From NCBI GenBank assembly GCA_045537895.1, contig JAZSQI010000036.1, positions 5,157 to 69,156 on the forward strand: DNA of 64,000 nucleotides. Direction: 5' to 3'. Below, one piece after another: positions 22,472 through 31,968 of this stretch. Each line of letters opens with the position of its first letter. Position 1 is the first letter of the stretch. The stretch comes from Clostridia bacterium (GTDB lineage Bacteria > Bacillota > Clostridia > TANB77 > CAG-465). The notes beneath the pieces were generated by a model that had not been told where the DNA came from, made no database searches, and was given only the letters and a program-made list of their open reading frames with translations. The position numbers and the translations under genes were made by a program.

Positions 22472-24424
22472 CTATACCTCCTCATTATACAAACTATAAA
22501 AAGTATTTATACTACTTTTTATACTATATCCTTTTTCATCCATTTTTTTATCAATAATTGTATAATCAAGTTCTTGACTACTATTATTTTCGAAATTATA
22601 AATCCAATCATTAATATTTTCTATATCTATTCCTACAAATTGAATTAATCCTAACCCTAAATCAATTTCTTTTGTTACCTTATCAGAAACAATTGCCATT
22701 ATCCCTGCTGCTTGTGATTCTATAGTCACAACTGGTAATCCTTCATAAAGGGAAGGTAAAATAAGAAAATCAAAGGTTTGAATAATTTCTGGAATATCGT
22801 TTGTTGTTCCAAAAAATATAATGTTATCAGAAAGGTTTTCTTTATTTGAAAACTCTTTATATTTTTTAAGAGCTTCACCATCACCCACAAATACAAACAA
22901 ATACTTATCTAGTTTTTTTTGTTTTTTCATAGTACTAATAATTTCAAATATATATTTATGATTTTTTACAGGACCATCAAACCTGCCTATGTGTCCAATT
23001 ATAATTTTATCACAAGGTAATTTATATTTAGTTCTTATTTCGTCTTTTCTCCCATAATACTCTTTAAATTTATCTACATCCACGCCATTATTAACCACAA
23101 TTACTTTACCTTTATTTACGCATCTCTTCCCGTATAAAAATTCTCCAGCAAGCTTTCCACATGCACAGTATTTAGTAGCAACTAATTTATTTAAAAGTTT
23201 CATAACGTCAGTAGCAATATTATATTTAAGTGTATTAGGTTTTTCTGTAGTAGTTGTATGAGCGTGGGAAATTCTAATTTTTGCACCACCTAACATTGCG
23301 CCAAGCAGTACTAAAGAATTATTTATACTAATATGCGAATGAACTATATCATAGTTATTTTCTTTAACAAGTTTCTTTACTCCTTTAATATATTTGATAA
23401 CTCCAACTCGCCTTATTGGTTCAATATACTGTATTTTCCCACCTAAATTTAAAATTTCTTCTTCATATTTTCCTGCTTCTTTATCATGATTAGTAAAATC
23501 AAACTGTACTTTTGATTTATCTATATTTCTATATACGTTCATTAGCATCGTTTCAACTCCACCTAAGTGTGGTCTACTAACAACTTGAAGCACTCTTTTT
23601 ATATTTTCTTTTTCTGTATCTTTTTTTGTTGTTTTTTTTCTTATAGAATATTGTATCTTTCTAGGTATTAATCCTACTATTAGAGGCTTAATAGCGAAAA
23701 TTACTCCTATAGGCATTAATTTTAATTCTTTATACGCACTCCATCTCATTTTTGCTTCTTGAATTCTATATTTATATTCTCTTCGCATATAAGCATCAAT
23801 GTTTTCGTTATAATAATATAATTTTTCTAATATATTAGCACCTCTAAAACCAGCAATATGTAATCTTAAAAGCAAATCAAAATCTTCTGTTCTTGCATTA
23901 TTTTTCCCTGGTTTATATCCTTCCACTTTCTTTAAAGCTTCTCTTCTAAACATTGTAGTTCCATGAACATAAGGAAGCCCCCACAAGAAATCTTTATTTG
24001 TAGGTTCAGCATTCCAAGGATAATATTCACCCCATATTCCATCCTCATTATATCTATACATAGCTGTCGATACAAAAGCTATTTCTTCTCTTTCCTCTAA
24101 CACTTTTACTTGTTTTTCTATTCTAGTATAATCTGAATAGTCATCTGCATCTTGAACTGCAACATACTTACCTGTAGCTTTTCTTATGCATTTATTTCTA
24201 GTTTCTCCAGCTTTAAGATTACTATCGTTTTTTAATACAATTATTCTACTATCTTTTTTTTCATATTCATATAACTTTTTCAGTGAATTATCAGAAGATA
24301 AGTCATCACATAATATAATTTCTAAATTTTTATATGTTTGATTTAAAATGCTTTCTAAACACTTATCAATATGCTTTTCTACGTTGTACACTGGTATTAC
24401 AACTGACACTTTTGGTTCATTCAT
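22472..24424 (-). CDS. Two-domain GT2-GT4 glycosyltransferase
   Basis: N-terminal VVIPVYNVEKHI, CDDLSSDNS and QDADD. C-terminal PSLYEGLPVVTIESQAAG. Confidence 0.8.
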   Translation of the reverse strand: MNEPKVSVVIPVYNVEKHIDKCLESILNQTYKNLEIILCDDLSSDNSLKKLYEYEKKDSRIIVLKNDSNLKAGETRNKCIRKATGKYVAVQDADDYSDYTRIEKQVKVLEEREEIAFVSTAMYRYNEDGIWGEYYPWNAEPTNKDFLWGLPYVHGTTMFRREALKKVEGYKPGKNNARTEDFDLLLRLHIAGFRGANILEKLYYYNENIDAYMRREYKYRIQEAKMRWSAYKELKLMPIGVIFAIKPLIVGLIPRKIQYSIRKKTTKKDTEKENIKRVLQVVSRPHLGGVETMLMNVYRNIDKSKVQFDFTNHDKEAGKYEEEILNLGGKIQYIEPIRRVGVIKYIKGVKKLVKENNYDIVHSHISINNSLVLLGAMLGGAKIRISHAHTTTTEKPNTLKYNIATDVMKLLNKLVATKYCACGKLAGEFLYGKRCVNKGKVIVVNNGVDVDKFKEYYGRKDEIRTKYKLPCDKIIIGHIGRFDGPVKNHKYIFEIISTMKKQKKLDKYLFVFVGDGEALKKYKEFSNKENLSDNIIFFGTTNDIPEIIQTFDFLILPSLYEGLPVVTIESQAAGIMAIVSDKVTKEIDLGLGLIQFVGIDIENINDWIYNFENNSSQELDYTIIDKKMDEKGYSIKSSINTFYSLYNEEV

Positions 24425-24432
24425 TTATTTTC

Positions 24433-25551
24433 TCATTCCCCTATATATATTTCTATAATTTTATCTAAAACATTATCTAATAGATAGTCTTTTATTATTT
24501 CACTATTTTTTTGTTTTATTTCTTTTAATTCTCTCTCGTCATAACTTGAGTAATGTTTAACTTTATTTAAAAAATCCTTCCTATCATTTATTCCTACGAT
24601 ATAACCATTTTCTCCATTTTGTATTAAATCTCTATTTCCTCTACACGCAGTCACTACTACAGGTAGACCTACATACATTGCTTCCATTACATTTACAGGC
24701 AATCCCTCTCTTATTGAAGAAGATACTGCCAAATTAGCAATATTCAATAACTTAGGTATATCATTTCTAAAACCAAGAACGTGTATTTGATTTTTCAATT
24801 TTAACTTTTCAACTAAATCGTGAACTTTTCCATTCATTGAGTCTTGACCTGGAAGTAAAATATGTATTTTTTGATTATCTTTTAATAATTGTTTTAAAGT
24901 CTCAATTAACCAAAGTTGACGCTTTTCTGCAGTTAATTCAGCCGTATATATTATAACATAATCATCTTTTTTAATTCCCAACTCTTTTCTAAGTTCCTGT
25001 TTTTCGTTTTCAGTCATTTTAAAATCAAATTTCCTAACATCAAGACCTATTCCACTAACTAACCTAACATCGGTTTTAAATTTTTTCTTAGCAATTTCAT
25101 AATCATCTAAATTAATTGTAATAAGTCTATCTGTATACTTAGCAAGATATTTTTCTGCATTGTAAAATAATAACCAATAAATAGGTGATGAGCCTTTATA
25201 AAAATGAAATCCATGCACCATATAAACCATTCTAGTATCTTTAATTTTTAGATTTTTAAAAGCTAGTCTAGTTATTGCTCCTCCCATAGGTGTATGACAA
25301 CTGATTATATCATAATGCTCATTTTTTAGTAGTTCTATCATTTGTTTATATGATTCAATATTTTGTTTAAGATTAAGGCTTCTTGCAAAATTAACATCAA
25401 ACTTTTTATCACAATATGGTATATCTATATCTTCAGATTTACTTGCCACATGTACTTCATAACCATTATTTTTAAAATACTCTAATTGTGGAATTAAAAA
25501 TTTAGTAAAAAACGAATCTAAATTTGCAGTAAATAATATTTTTTTTGACAT
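24433..25551 (-). CDS. GT4 glycosyltransferase
   Basis: SSIREGLPVNVMEAMYVGLPVV (the E-x7-E region). 372 aa. Confidence 0.8.
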   Translation of the reverse strand: MSKKILFTANLDSFFTKFLIPQLEYFKNNGYEVHVASKSEDIDIPYCDKKFDVNFARSLNLKQNIESYKQMIELLKNEHYDIISCHTPMGGAITRLAFKNLKIKDTRMVYMVHGFHFYKGSSPIYWLLFYNAEKYLAKYTDRLITINLDDYEIAKKKFKTDVRLVSGIGLDVRKFDFKMTENEKQELRKELGIKKDDYVIIYTAELTAEKRQLWLIETLKQLLKDNQKIHILLPGQDSMNGKVHDLVEKLKLKNQIHVLGFRNDIPKLLNIANLAVSSSIREGLPVNVMEAMYVGLPVVVTACRGNRDLIQNGENGYIVGINDRKDFLNKVKHYSSYDERELKEIKQKNSEIIKDYLLDNVLDKIIEIYIGE

Positions 25552-25598
25552 GCAACCCTCCGTGTTTTTCTTTTTATACTTTGAATAAGTATAGTGTT

Positions 25599-26543
25599 TT
25601 AAATATCTTTTTCACTTTCTCTAACAATATATATAGGTCTATTTTTTGTTTCTAAGTATGTTTTAGCTAAATATTGACCAATAATTCCTATACAAAACAA
25701 TTGTATTCCACCTATCATAAACATTATACAAACCATAGATGGCCATCCACTTGTTGGATCTCCAAACACAACAGTTTTTATTATAATAACAAAAATCATA
25801 ATAAATGATATTATACAAAAAAGAATTCCTATAAATGCTGACATAACAAGTGGTGCTGTAGAAAACGCAGTTATTCCTTCTAAAGAATATTTAAATAATT
25901 TCCAAAAATTCCACTTTGTATTTCCTGCAACTCTTTCAATATTATCATAAGCTAACCATTTTGTCTTAAATCCTACCCAACCAAATATACCTTTTGAAAA
26001 TCTATTGTATTCTGTCATACTTAATATTGAATCCACCATTTTTCTCTTCATTAATCTATAATCTCTTGCACCATCTACAATATCTGCATCAGACATTTTA
26101 TTTATTAATTTATAGAACATTCTTGCAAAAAAACTACGTATAACAGGCTCTCCTTTTCTTGTTTTTCTTCTAGTAGCTATTGAATCATAATCTTCATTTA
26201 TTAATGTATTATACATTTCTTCTAACAATGATGGTGGATCTTGAAGATCAGCATCCATTATTGCTACAAAATCTCCTGTTGATTCTTTAAGTCCAGCATA
26301 CATAGCTGCTTCTTTACCAAAGTTTCTTGAAAAAGATATATATCTAACTCTATTATCTTTTTTTCTAAGCTCTCTTAATATATTTATTGTATTATCTTTC
26401 GAACCATCATCTATAAATATAAGTTCAAAATCTACATAATCCATCTTATTTATTTGTTTTAGTGCCTCATCATAAAAATAAGGTAATGATTCTTCTTCAT
26501 TATAACAAGGAACTACAATTGATATTTTGTTTTTTCTACTCAC
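25599..26543 (-). CDS. Polyprenyl-phosphate glycosyltransferase (GtrB/CsbB-like GT2 with two C-terminal TM helices)
   Basis: VVPCYNEE, IDDGSKDNT and DADLQDPP motifs, plus a C-terminal TM pair. I prefer the GTG at 26543 (GGAG SD 7 nt upstream), because the track's start at 26591 runs into the -10 box. Confidence 0.8.
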   Translation of the reverse strand: MSRKNKISIVVPCYNEEESLPYFYDEALKQINKMDYVDFELIFIDDGSKDNTINILRELRKKDNRVRYISFSRNFGKEAAMYAGLKESTGDFVAIMDADLQDPPSLLEEMYNTLINEDYDSIATRRKTRKGEPVIRSFFARMFYKLINKMSDADIVDGARDYRLMKRKMVDSILSMTEYNRFSKGIFGWVGFKTKWLAYDNIERVAGNTKWNFWKLFKYSLEGITAFSTAPLVMSAFIGILFCIISFIMIFVIIIKTVVFGDPTSGWPSMVCIMFMIGGIQLFCIGIIGQYLAKTYLETKNRPIYIVRESEKDI

Positions 26544-26595
26544 ACAAATCACTCCATTTATCCAAACAGCTAACTTTATCCAAAATTGCAAACTA

Positions 26596-26624
26596 ATTAT
26601 ACTATACTAAAGCTGTAAATTCAA
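26596..26624 (-). promoter_or_regulatory. Putative promoter of the 26.5-13.1 kb glycan operon (TTGAAT-17-TATAAT)
   Basis: -35 is the reverse complement of 26619-26624 and -10 is the reverse complement of 26596-26601. Confidence 0.6.
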
Positions 26625-26650
26625 GTTTTTACATATGAGTCACATAAAAT

Positions 26651-26687
26651 ATCTCAATCATTAAATGTTGTGTTTAATGATTGAGAT
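26651..26687 (-). terminator. Perfect 15-bp stem hairpin
   Basis: ATCTCAATCATTAAA-7 nt-TTTAATGATTGAGAT, followed on the minus strand by ATTTTAT. Confidence 0.6.
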
Positions 26688-26788
26688 TACCTAATTTAAT
26701 CCTTCTTCGCAACCGGCTTCATTGACCATTTTTGCATTTTCCTAAAACCTTTTATTTTCATTAGTTTTAAGTACTTTTTAGTTTTCAA

Positions 26789-26811
26789 TGAATGCAATTT
26801 GAATGCTACCA
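26789..26811 (-). repeat. 23-nt direct repeat, copy 1 (TGAATGCAATTTGAATGCTACCA)
   Basis: Identical to 27366-27388. It contains an internal heptad direct repeat, GCATTCA-N4-GCATTCA on the minus strand. Confidence 0.9.
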
Positions 26812-26934
26812 AATTTAATCTATTAGCACTTATTACGCTTTTCATTTATTGCCTTTGCTTTTTCATATATGATTTTGATGCTATATTTTCTGTAATTACA
26901 TAATGAGATTTATTTTGTACTGTTGCATAAAACA

Positions 26935-27312
26935 CTATTTTAAAATATTTATTATTTTTATAATATTTATCCCATATATATTTAAATATCTTTCATTAAA
27001 AGCTAATCCCATTAAATGGCTGTTAGGACCAGTTGGTGCATAAGTATTTCCGTTATGATATATCGGAATTAAAAAAGTTATCAAAATAAAAATCAAATAA
27101 ATAATTACATATGCCTTAGTTATTCTATTCTTTCTAAAAAATAGTACTCCAAAAATTAGATTTATTAATTCAATAATAAGTAGTAGTAAATAATATGTTT
27201 CATTGTATATCTCGTAACCATCTGATAAAACAATAGTTGTCATAACAAAAACAATAATTGAAATAATAAAACTTATAGCCCAAACTATCTTTAATATTTT
27301 ATCGTTTTTCAT
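26935..27312 (-). CDS. Small membrane protein (3 TM), unknown function
   Basis: 125 aa with an AAGGAG SD. Flanked by the two 23-nt repeat copies. Confidence 0.6.
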   Translation of the reverse strand: MKNDKILKIVWAISFIISIIVFVMTTIVLSDGYEIYNETYYLLLLIIELINLIFGVLFFRKNRITKAYVIIYLIFILITFLIPIYHNGNTYAPTGPNSHLMGLAFNERYLNIYGINIIKIINILK

Positions 27313-27365
27313 TTAATTCTCCTTATTATTTTTTATCTTTTAAGTAATTCTTTTTTATTAATTAC

Positions 27366-27388
27366 TGAATGCAATTTGAATGCTACCA
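27366..27388 (-). repeat. 23-nt direct repeat, copy 2
   Basis: Identical to 26789-26811. Lies 16 nt downstream of the -10 of the promoter at 27404-27432. Confidence 0.9.
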
Positions 27389-27403
27389 GCAAACTTTTAT
27401 TAA

Positions 27404-27432
27404 AATTTATTAACTTTTTGTATATATGTCAA
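27404..27432 (-). promoter_or_regulatory. sigma-A type promoter (TTGACA-17-TAAATT) upstream of the small membrane protein gene
   Basis: -35 is the reverse complement of 27427-27432 and -10 is the reverse complement of 27404-27409. Confidence 0.6.
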
Positions 27433-27511
27433 ATTATTTAATAATGTCTCATTCATTTCTATTTGAACGCTTTGCAAGCTTTTATGCTTTGTTAAAATTT
27501 ATAAAATGTTC

Positions 27512-29014
27512 TCACGCAAGTGGTTTCATCGTTGGGAAGAATAATATATCTCTAATTGAATAACTGTTTGTAAGAAGCATAATAAGTCTATCTAGACCAA
27601 TTCCAAGTCCACCTGTAGGAGGAAGCCCAATTTCAAGTGCATTTATGAAATCCTCATCCATTCCACCAGCTTCTTCATCACCTAAAGCTTTTGCTTCGGC
27701 TTGTTTTACAAATCTTTCATGTTGATCAATTGGGTCATTAAGCTCAGAATAAGCATTACCATATTCTCTTCCACCAATAAATAATTCAAATCTTTCAACT
27801 AAACTTGGTTCAGAAGGTTTTCTCTTAGTAAGTGGAGATACCTCTACAGGATAGTCAATAATAAATGTTGGCTGTATTAAAGTTTCTTCAACAAATGTTT
27901 CAAAGAATTCATTTATAATATGTCCTCTTGTATTTTTAATTGGATCTATTTCAACATTTTTTTCTTCAGCTAATTTTCTTGCTTCTTCATCTGTTTTTAT
28001 CTCATTAAAATCAATTCCTGTAACTTCTTTTATACTATCAATCATAGATATTCTTCTCCAACCTGGCGTTAAATCTATATCTGTTCCTTGATAATTTATT
28101 TTAGTTGTTCCAAGAACATTTTGAGCAATAGTTGAAATAATTTCTTCTGATATATTCATCATATCATTATAATCTTCATATGCAGCATATATCTCTACAT
28201 TTGTAAATTCAGGATTATGTTTTATATCCATTCCTTCGTTTCTAAAGTTCTTACCTATTTCATATACTTTATCTATTCCACCAACTATAATTCTCTTTAA
28301 ATTAAGTTCAGGTGCAATTCTTAAATACATATCTAAATCAAGTGTATTATGATGAGTAACAAATGGTCTTGCACTATCTCCCGTTGCCACTGTTGTAAGC
28401 ATAGGAGTTTCTACTTCCATGTAGCCTTTTTCATCTAATATTCTTCTTAATTCCTTTATAATTTTACTTCTAAGTACAAAAGTTTCTTTTACTTCTGGAT
28501 TTACTATTAAATCCACATATCTTTGTCTATATCTAAGATCAGGATCTTTTAATCCATGCCATTTTTCTGGAAGTGGTCTTAAAGATTTAGTTAAAAGTTT
28601 TACTTCTTTAGCATGTACCGATATTTCTTCCGTCTTAGTTTTAAATACAAATCCTTTAATACCTATAATATCTCCTATATCATAAGTTTTAAATTCTTTA
28701 TATGATTCTTCTCCTAAATCGTTAGTGCTAACATAACTTTGGATTCTACCTTGTCCATCTTGAATATGGCAAAAAGAAGCTTTTCCCATAACTCTTTTTG
28801 CAACTATTCTACCAGCAATAGACACATCTTTTCCTTCCAAATTTTCGTAATTTTCTTTAATATCTAAACTTGTATGTGTTCTATCATATTTTGTTACATC
28901 GAAAGGATTTTTTCCTTTTTCTTGTAATTCCTTTAACTTTTGAATTCTTACTTCAACAAGTTTATTCATATCCTCCATAGTTATTTCTTCATTATTTACA
29001 TTTTCATTATTCAC
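27512..29014 (-). CDS. lysS: Lysyl-tRNA synthetase, class II
   Basis: 500 aa with an OB-fold N-terminus and class II motifs ([15 protein letters not shown]). Confidence 0.95.
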   Translation of the reverse strand: MNNENVNNEEITMEDMNKLVEVRIQKLKELQEKGKNPFDVTKYDRTHTSLDIKENYENLEGKDVSIAGRIVAKRVMGKASFCHIQDGQGRIQSYVSTNDLGEESYKEFKTYDIGDIIGIKGFVFKTKTEEISVHAKEVKLLTKSLRPLPEKWHGLKDPDLRYRQRYVDLIVNPEVKETFVLRSKIIKELRRILDEKGYMEVETPMLTTVATGDSARPFVTHHNTLDLDMYLRIAPELNLKRIIVGGIDKVYEIGKNFRNEGMDIKHNPEFTNVEIYAAYEDYNDMMNISEEIISTIAQNVLGTTKINYQGTDIDLTPGWRRISMIDSIKEVTGIDFNEIKTDEEARKLAEEKNVEIDPIKNTRGHIINEFFETFVEETLIQPTFIIDYPVEVSPLTKRKPSEPSLVERFELFIGGREYGNAYSELNDPIDQHERFVKQAEAKALGDEEAGGMDEDFINALEIGLPPTGGLGIGLDRLIMLLTNSYSIRDILFFPTMKPLA

Positions 29015-29040
29015 TTATATTCACTTCCTATTCTTTTATC

Positions 29041-29520
29041 TTAAACTGTTTTTTTAATATCTTCTATTTTATATTTAGCAACTCCGTCTGGAATTTCAAC
29101 TTCTATTTCTTCACCTTTTTTCTTTCCAAATAAAGCTTTACCAACAGGTGATTCTATAGAAATTTTGCTTGCTATAACATCAACTTCTGTTGCTGGTACT
29201 ATATGATATTCAACATTTTCATCAAATTCATAATCATATAATGTAACTGTTACACCAATACCAACTGATCTAGTTGATATTTTATCAACTATTTTAGCTG
29301 TTCTTAAAGTATTTTCCATTTCAATTATTTTAGCTTCTAATTGCGCTTGTTCATTTTTGGCTTCATCATATTCAGAGTTTTCAGAAATATCTCCAAATTC
29401 TCTTGCAACTTTTATTCTTTCAGCAACTTCCATTTTTTTAGTACCCTTTAGGTATTTTAATTCTTCTTCTAATTTTTGATATCCTTCTTCAGTAAGTAAT
29501 ACTGCTTCTTTTTCTTCCAT
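29041..29520 (-). CDS. greA: Transcription elongation factor GreA
   Basis: 159 aa with an N-terminal coiled coil, the SENSEYD motif and a C-terminal FKBP-like domain. Confidence 0.93.
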   Translation of the reverse strand: MEEKEAVLLTEEGYQKLEEELKYLKGTKKMEVAERIKVAREFGDISENSEYDEAKNEQAQLEAKIIEMENTLRTAKIVDKISTRSVGIGVTVTLYDYEFDENVEYHIVPATEVDVIASKISIESPVGKALFGKKKGEEIEVEIPDGVAKYKIEDIKKTV

Positions 29521-29581
29521 TGTTATTTCCTCCTAATATTTATATCCTGTTAATTAGTATACCAACCAATTAACCTAATAT

Positions 29582-29610
29582 ACTATACTCCATCATTTAA
29601 TATTTGTCAA
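29582..29610 (-). promoter_or_regulatory. greA promoter (TTGACA-17-TATAGT)
   Basis: -35 is the reverse complement of 29605-29610 and -10 is the reverse complement of 29582-29587. Confidence 0.65.
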
Positions 29611-29625
29611 TATTTATGTTACCTT

Positions 29626-29982
29626 CTATTTAATAATTCTTCTTTTTTTAATTAACCTAGATCTTCTTTTTATAGCTTTGTATATTCCAATTATTATTAG
29701 CATAATGATTTGTGATGCGCAAAAATATATAGATATAAATGTAAAATTATCTTCCATAGGTCCATATTTGCTAACAAATACTTCATAATCTTCCATAGCT
29801 TTATACGATAAAGTAAGCAAATACGAAAATGTTACAACACCTATTATTTCTTCTATAACCATTAAAAATGCTGTTAATCTACTTTTTATATTAATCAGTT
29901 TTTTTATAGTAATTACACATAATATAACCATAAACATTAATACAGCAATAGTTAAATATATCGATTTTATATCTATTATCAT
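29626..29982 (-). CDS. Small membrane protein (3 TM) with a basic tail
   Basis: 118 aa. C-terminal KRRSRLIKKRRIIK. Confidence 0.5.
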   Translation of the reverse strand: MIIDIKSIYLTIAVLMFMVILCVITIKKLINIKSRLTAFLMVIEEIIGVVTFSYLLTLSYKAMEDYEVFVSKYGPMEDNFTFISIYFCASQIIMLIIIGIYKAIKRRSRLIKKRRIIK

Positions 29983-30001
29983 TTGTATATCACCTCTTTA
30001 T

Positions 30002-30880
30002 TTAATTTATTATGCTATTTGAAACTGTAATTTTCCCATATTGTTCATATAATTCTTTTATTTTATTTGAATAGTAAACGCCTTCTTTTATTTTCTTTTC
30101 TAGTTTAATATATTTTAAATTAAACTTGTCATTTTCTTTATTTGTAAAATCTATAAAACAAGATTTTTTACTAAATTTACCTGTGCTATATTCAGTCCTT
30201 GCTAAATCAACAAAAATACATACGTTGTATTTTCTAAAATCTTTTTCTTTTTTATCCAGCACCTGAATACATGAGCCATATTCATCATTAATTCTTTTAA
30301 TTCTATTTCTAAAGCTTTTACAAACACCATTATCACAAAAAACTGTAATCTCTTTGTATTTACTATTTAATTTTTCTACCAATTCAAAATCCAGGTTCTT
30401 TGAATCATTTAAAAATATTATTGGCTTTAAGCTTTCTTTTCCTAAATCATTATTTTTTATATATTCATCAATGTACTTATATACATTTTCTTTAACCGTA
30501 CTTGTATTAACATATTCGTTTATACTAAATCTATTAAATATTTCATCCATGTATTCTTTTATTTTTTTATCTTTCTTTATGTTATTAGAGTAGATTATAG
30601 AATAGCCTATTAAATCATTCTTTTTAATGATTTTAGCTATATCTTTATTTAATCTGTTTAAAGTCAGTTTCATATTTAATGTATCAGTCCATGTTAACTT
30701 ATTACGTTGCTCACCTAAACGTTTTAAATTAGTAATATATTTTGTAATATTTTTTATAGCTTTATTTGAGATGTTTAGTTCTAATATATATTCATCATCG
30801 CTCACATTAGTATAACTTAATTTAATTAATTTACCATTTAATACAGTATCAGAAACTTCCTTTAGAAATATTGTATTCAT
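30002..30880 (-). CDS. Hypothetical soluble protein occupying the position usually held by cdaR
   Basis: About 292 aa, with no TM segment and no family I can recognise. The ATG at 30880 follows an AGAGGTG SD. Confidence 0.55.
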   Translation of the reverse strand: MNTIFLKEVSDTVLNGKLIKLSYTNVSDDEYILELNISNKAIKNITKYITNLKRLGEQRNKLTWTDTLNMKLTLNRLNKDIAKIIKKNDLIGYSIIYSNNIKKDKKIKEYMDEIFNRFSINEYVNTSTVKENVYKYIDEYIKNNDLGKESLKPIIFLNDSKNLDFELVEKLNSKYKEITVFCDNGVCKSFRNRIKRINDEYGSCIQVLDKKEKDFRKYNVCIFVDLARTEYSTGKFSKKSCFIDFTNKENDKFNLKYIKLEKKIKEGVYYSNKIKELYEQYGKITVSNSIIN

Positions 30881-30936
30881 ATATATCACCTCTACGAATA
30901 ATATATATGAACCTTCAAAATATTTATTACACTTTT

Positions 30937-31806
30937 TTATCTTTGACTGCGAATAGTTTCTTTCATTTTTGTTGCAACAATTTTATCTTTGTTTTTTTCT
31001 AGACCTTTTAATAATATTGCTGTAAGTTTTTCTCCTGTCAAATCTCTTTTCATCTTTCCACTTTCAACAAAAGATATTGTTCCAGTTTCCTCTGAAACTA
31101 CAATAACAAGAGCATCAGATACTTCACTCATACCAACTGCAGCCCTGTGTCTTGTACCAAGATTTTTAGGAACAAGATTTTCAGATGCTAAAGGAAGTAC
31201 ACAGCTAGCTGCCTTTATTTTATTATCTCCAATTACTACTGCTCCATCATGAAGAGGTGTTCTTGGTATAAATATAGTTTGAAGTAATTCAGCCGATACT
31301 TTTGCAGATAAATCTACACCTTCTCTTGCTATATCTGATATTTTTGTACTTTGCTCTATTACTATTAAAGCTCCTATTTTCTTTAATGACATTATTTCAA
31401 CAGCTTTAACTATCTCAGAAACAATTTGTTTGTTTTTTAATTTATCATCAAAATCAAATATATCAACTATTTTCTTTCTACCTAATTTTTCAAACGCATT
31501 TCTAAGCTCAGGCTGAAATACAACTATAAATAAAAGCATACCATACGTCATTACATTTGTAAGTATAAAATCAAGAATAACAAGATCTAGCGCCTTACTT
31601 ATTATCATAAGCACAAACAGAATTAAAATTCCTTTTACTATTTGCATAGCTCTTGTTTGTTTTATAATTCTAATGACATAGAAAACTATAAATGCTACTA
31701 ATGTTATATCAACTACAAGCGCTACAACTCTCCAAGCGCTTGTTAGATCTAAAACATCTTTTAATTTATACATAAAATCTATTATTATGTTCCATAAATT
31801 TTTCAT
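30937..31806 (-). CDS. cdaA: Diadenylate cyclase CdaA (DisA_N domain with three N-terminal TM helices)
   Basis: TPLHDGAVVI, GTRHRAA and VVVSEETGTIS motifs. Confidence 0.93.
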   Translation of the reverse strand: MKNLWNIIIDFMYKLKDVLDLTSAWRVVALVVDITLVAFIVFYVIRIIKQTRAMQIVKGILILFVLMIISKALDLVILDFILTNVMTYGMLLFIVVFQPELRNAFEKLGRKKIVDIFDFDDKLKNKQIVSEIVKAVEIMSLKKIGALIVIEQSTKISDIAREGVDLSAKVSAELLQTIFIPRTPLHDGAVVIGDNKIKAASCVLPLASENLVPKNLGTRHRAAVGMSEVSDALVIVVSEETGTISFVESGKMKRDLTGEKLTAILLKGLEKNKDKIVATKMKETIRSQR

Positions 31807-31838
31807 TAACTTTTTTCACCTCTTCCTAAAATACAATT

Positions 31839-31937
31839 TTATATTACACTATAAATTAACGCTAAAAATGCAGTAAATACAGTAGAACCTATTAAAAGCC
31901 ATACTATAATTTTTATTAATTTACTATCTTTGCTCAT
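31839..31937 (-). CDS. Candidate 32-aa hydrophobic micro-protein (MSKDSKLIKIIVWLLIGSTVFTAFLALIYSVI)
   Basis: A GAGGAGAG SD lies 6 nt before the ATG. Single predicted TM. Sits 32 nt upstream of cdaA. Not in the ORF track because it is under 60 aa. Confidence 0.45.
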   Translation of the reverse strand: MSKDSKLIKIIVWLLIGSTVFTAFLALIYSVI

Positions 31938-31968
31938 CCAAAACTCTCCTCTCGTATAATTAAATTTT

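Noticed and set aside
26544-26591. The N-terminal extensions proposed by the ORF track for several genes (26591, 5050, 58363, 46229, 2536, 40253, 30889).
   Set aside because: In each case an internal ATG or GTG with a well-spaced SD gives a protein starting at the expected family N-terminus, while the longer form overlaps a promoter, a hairpin or the upstream gene.
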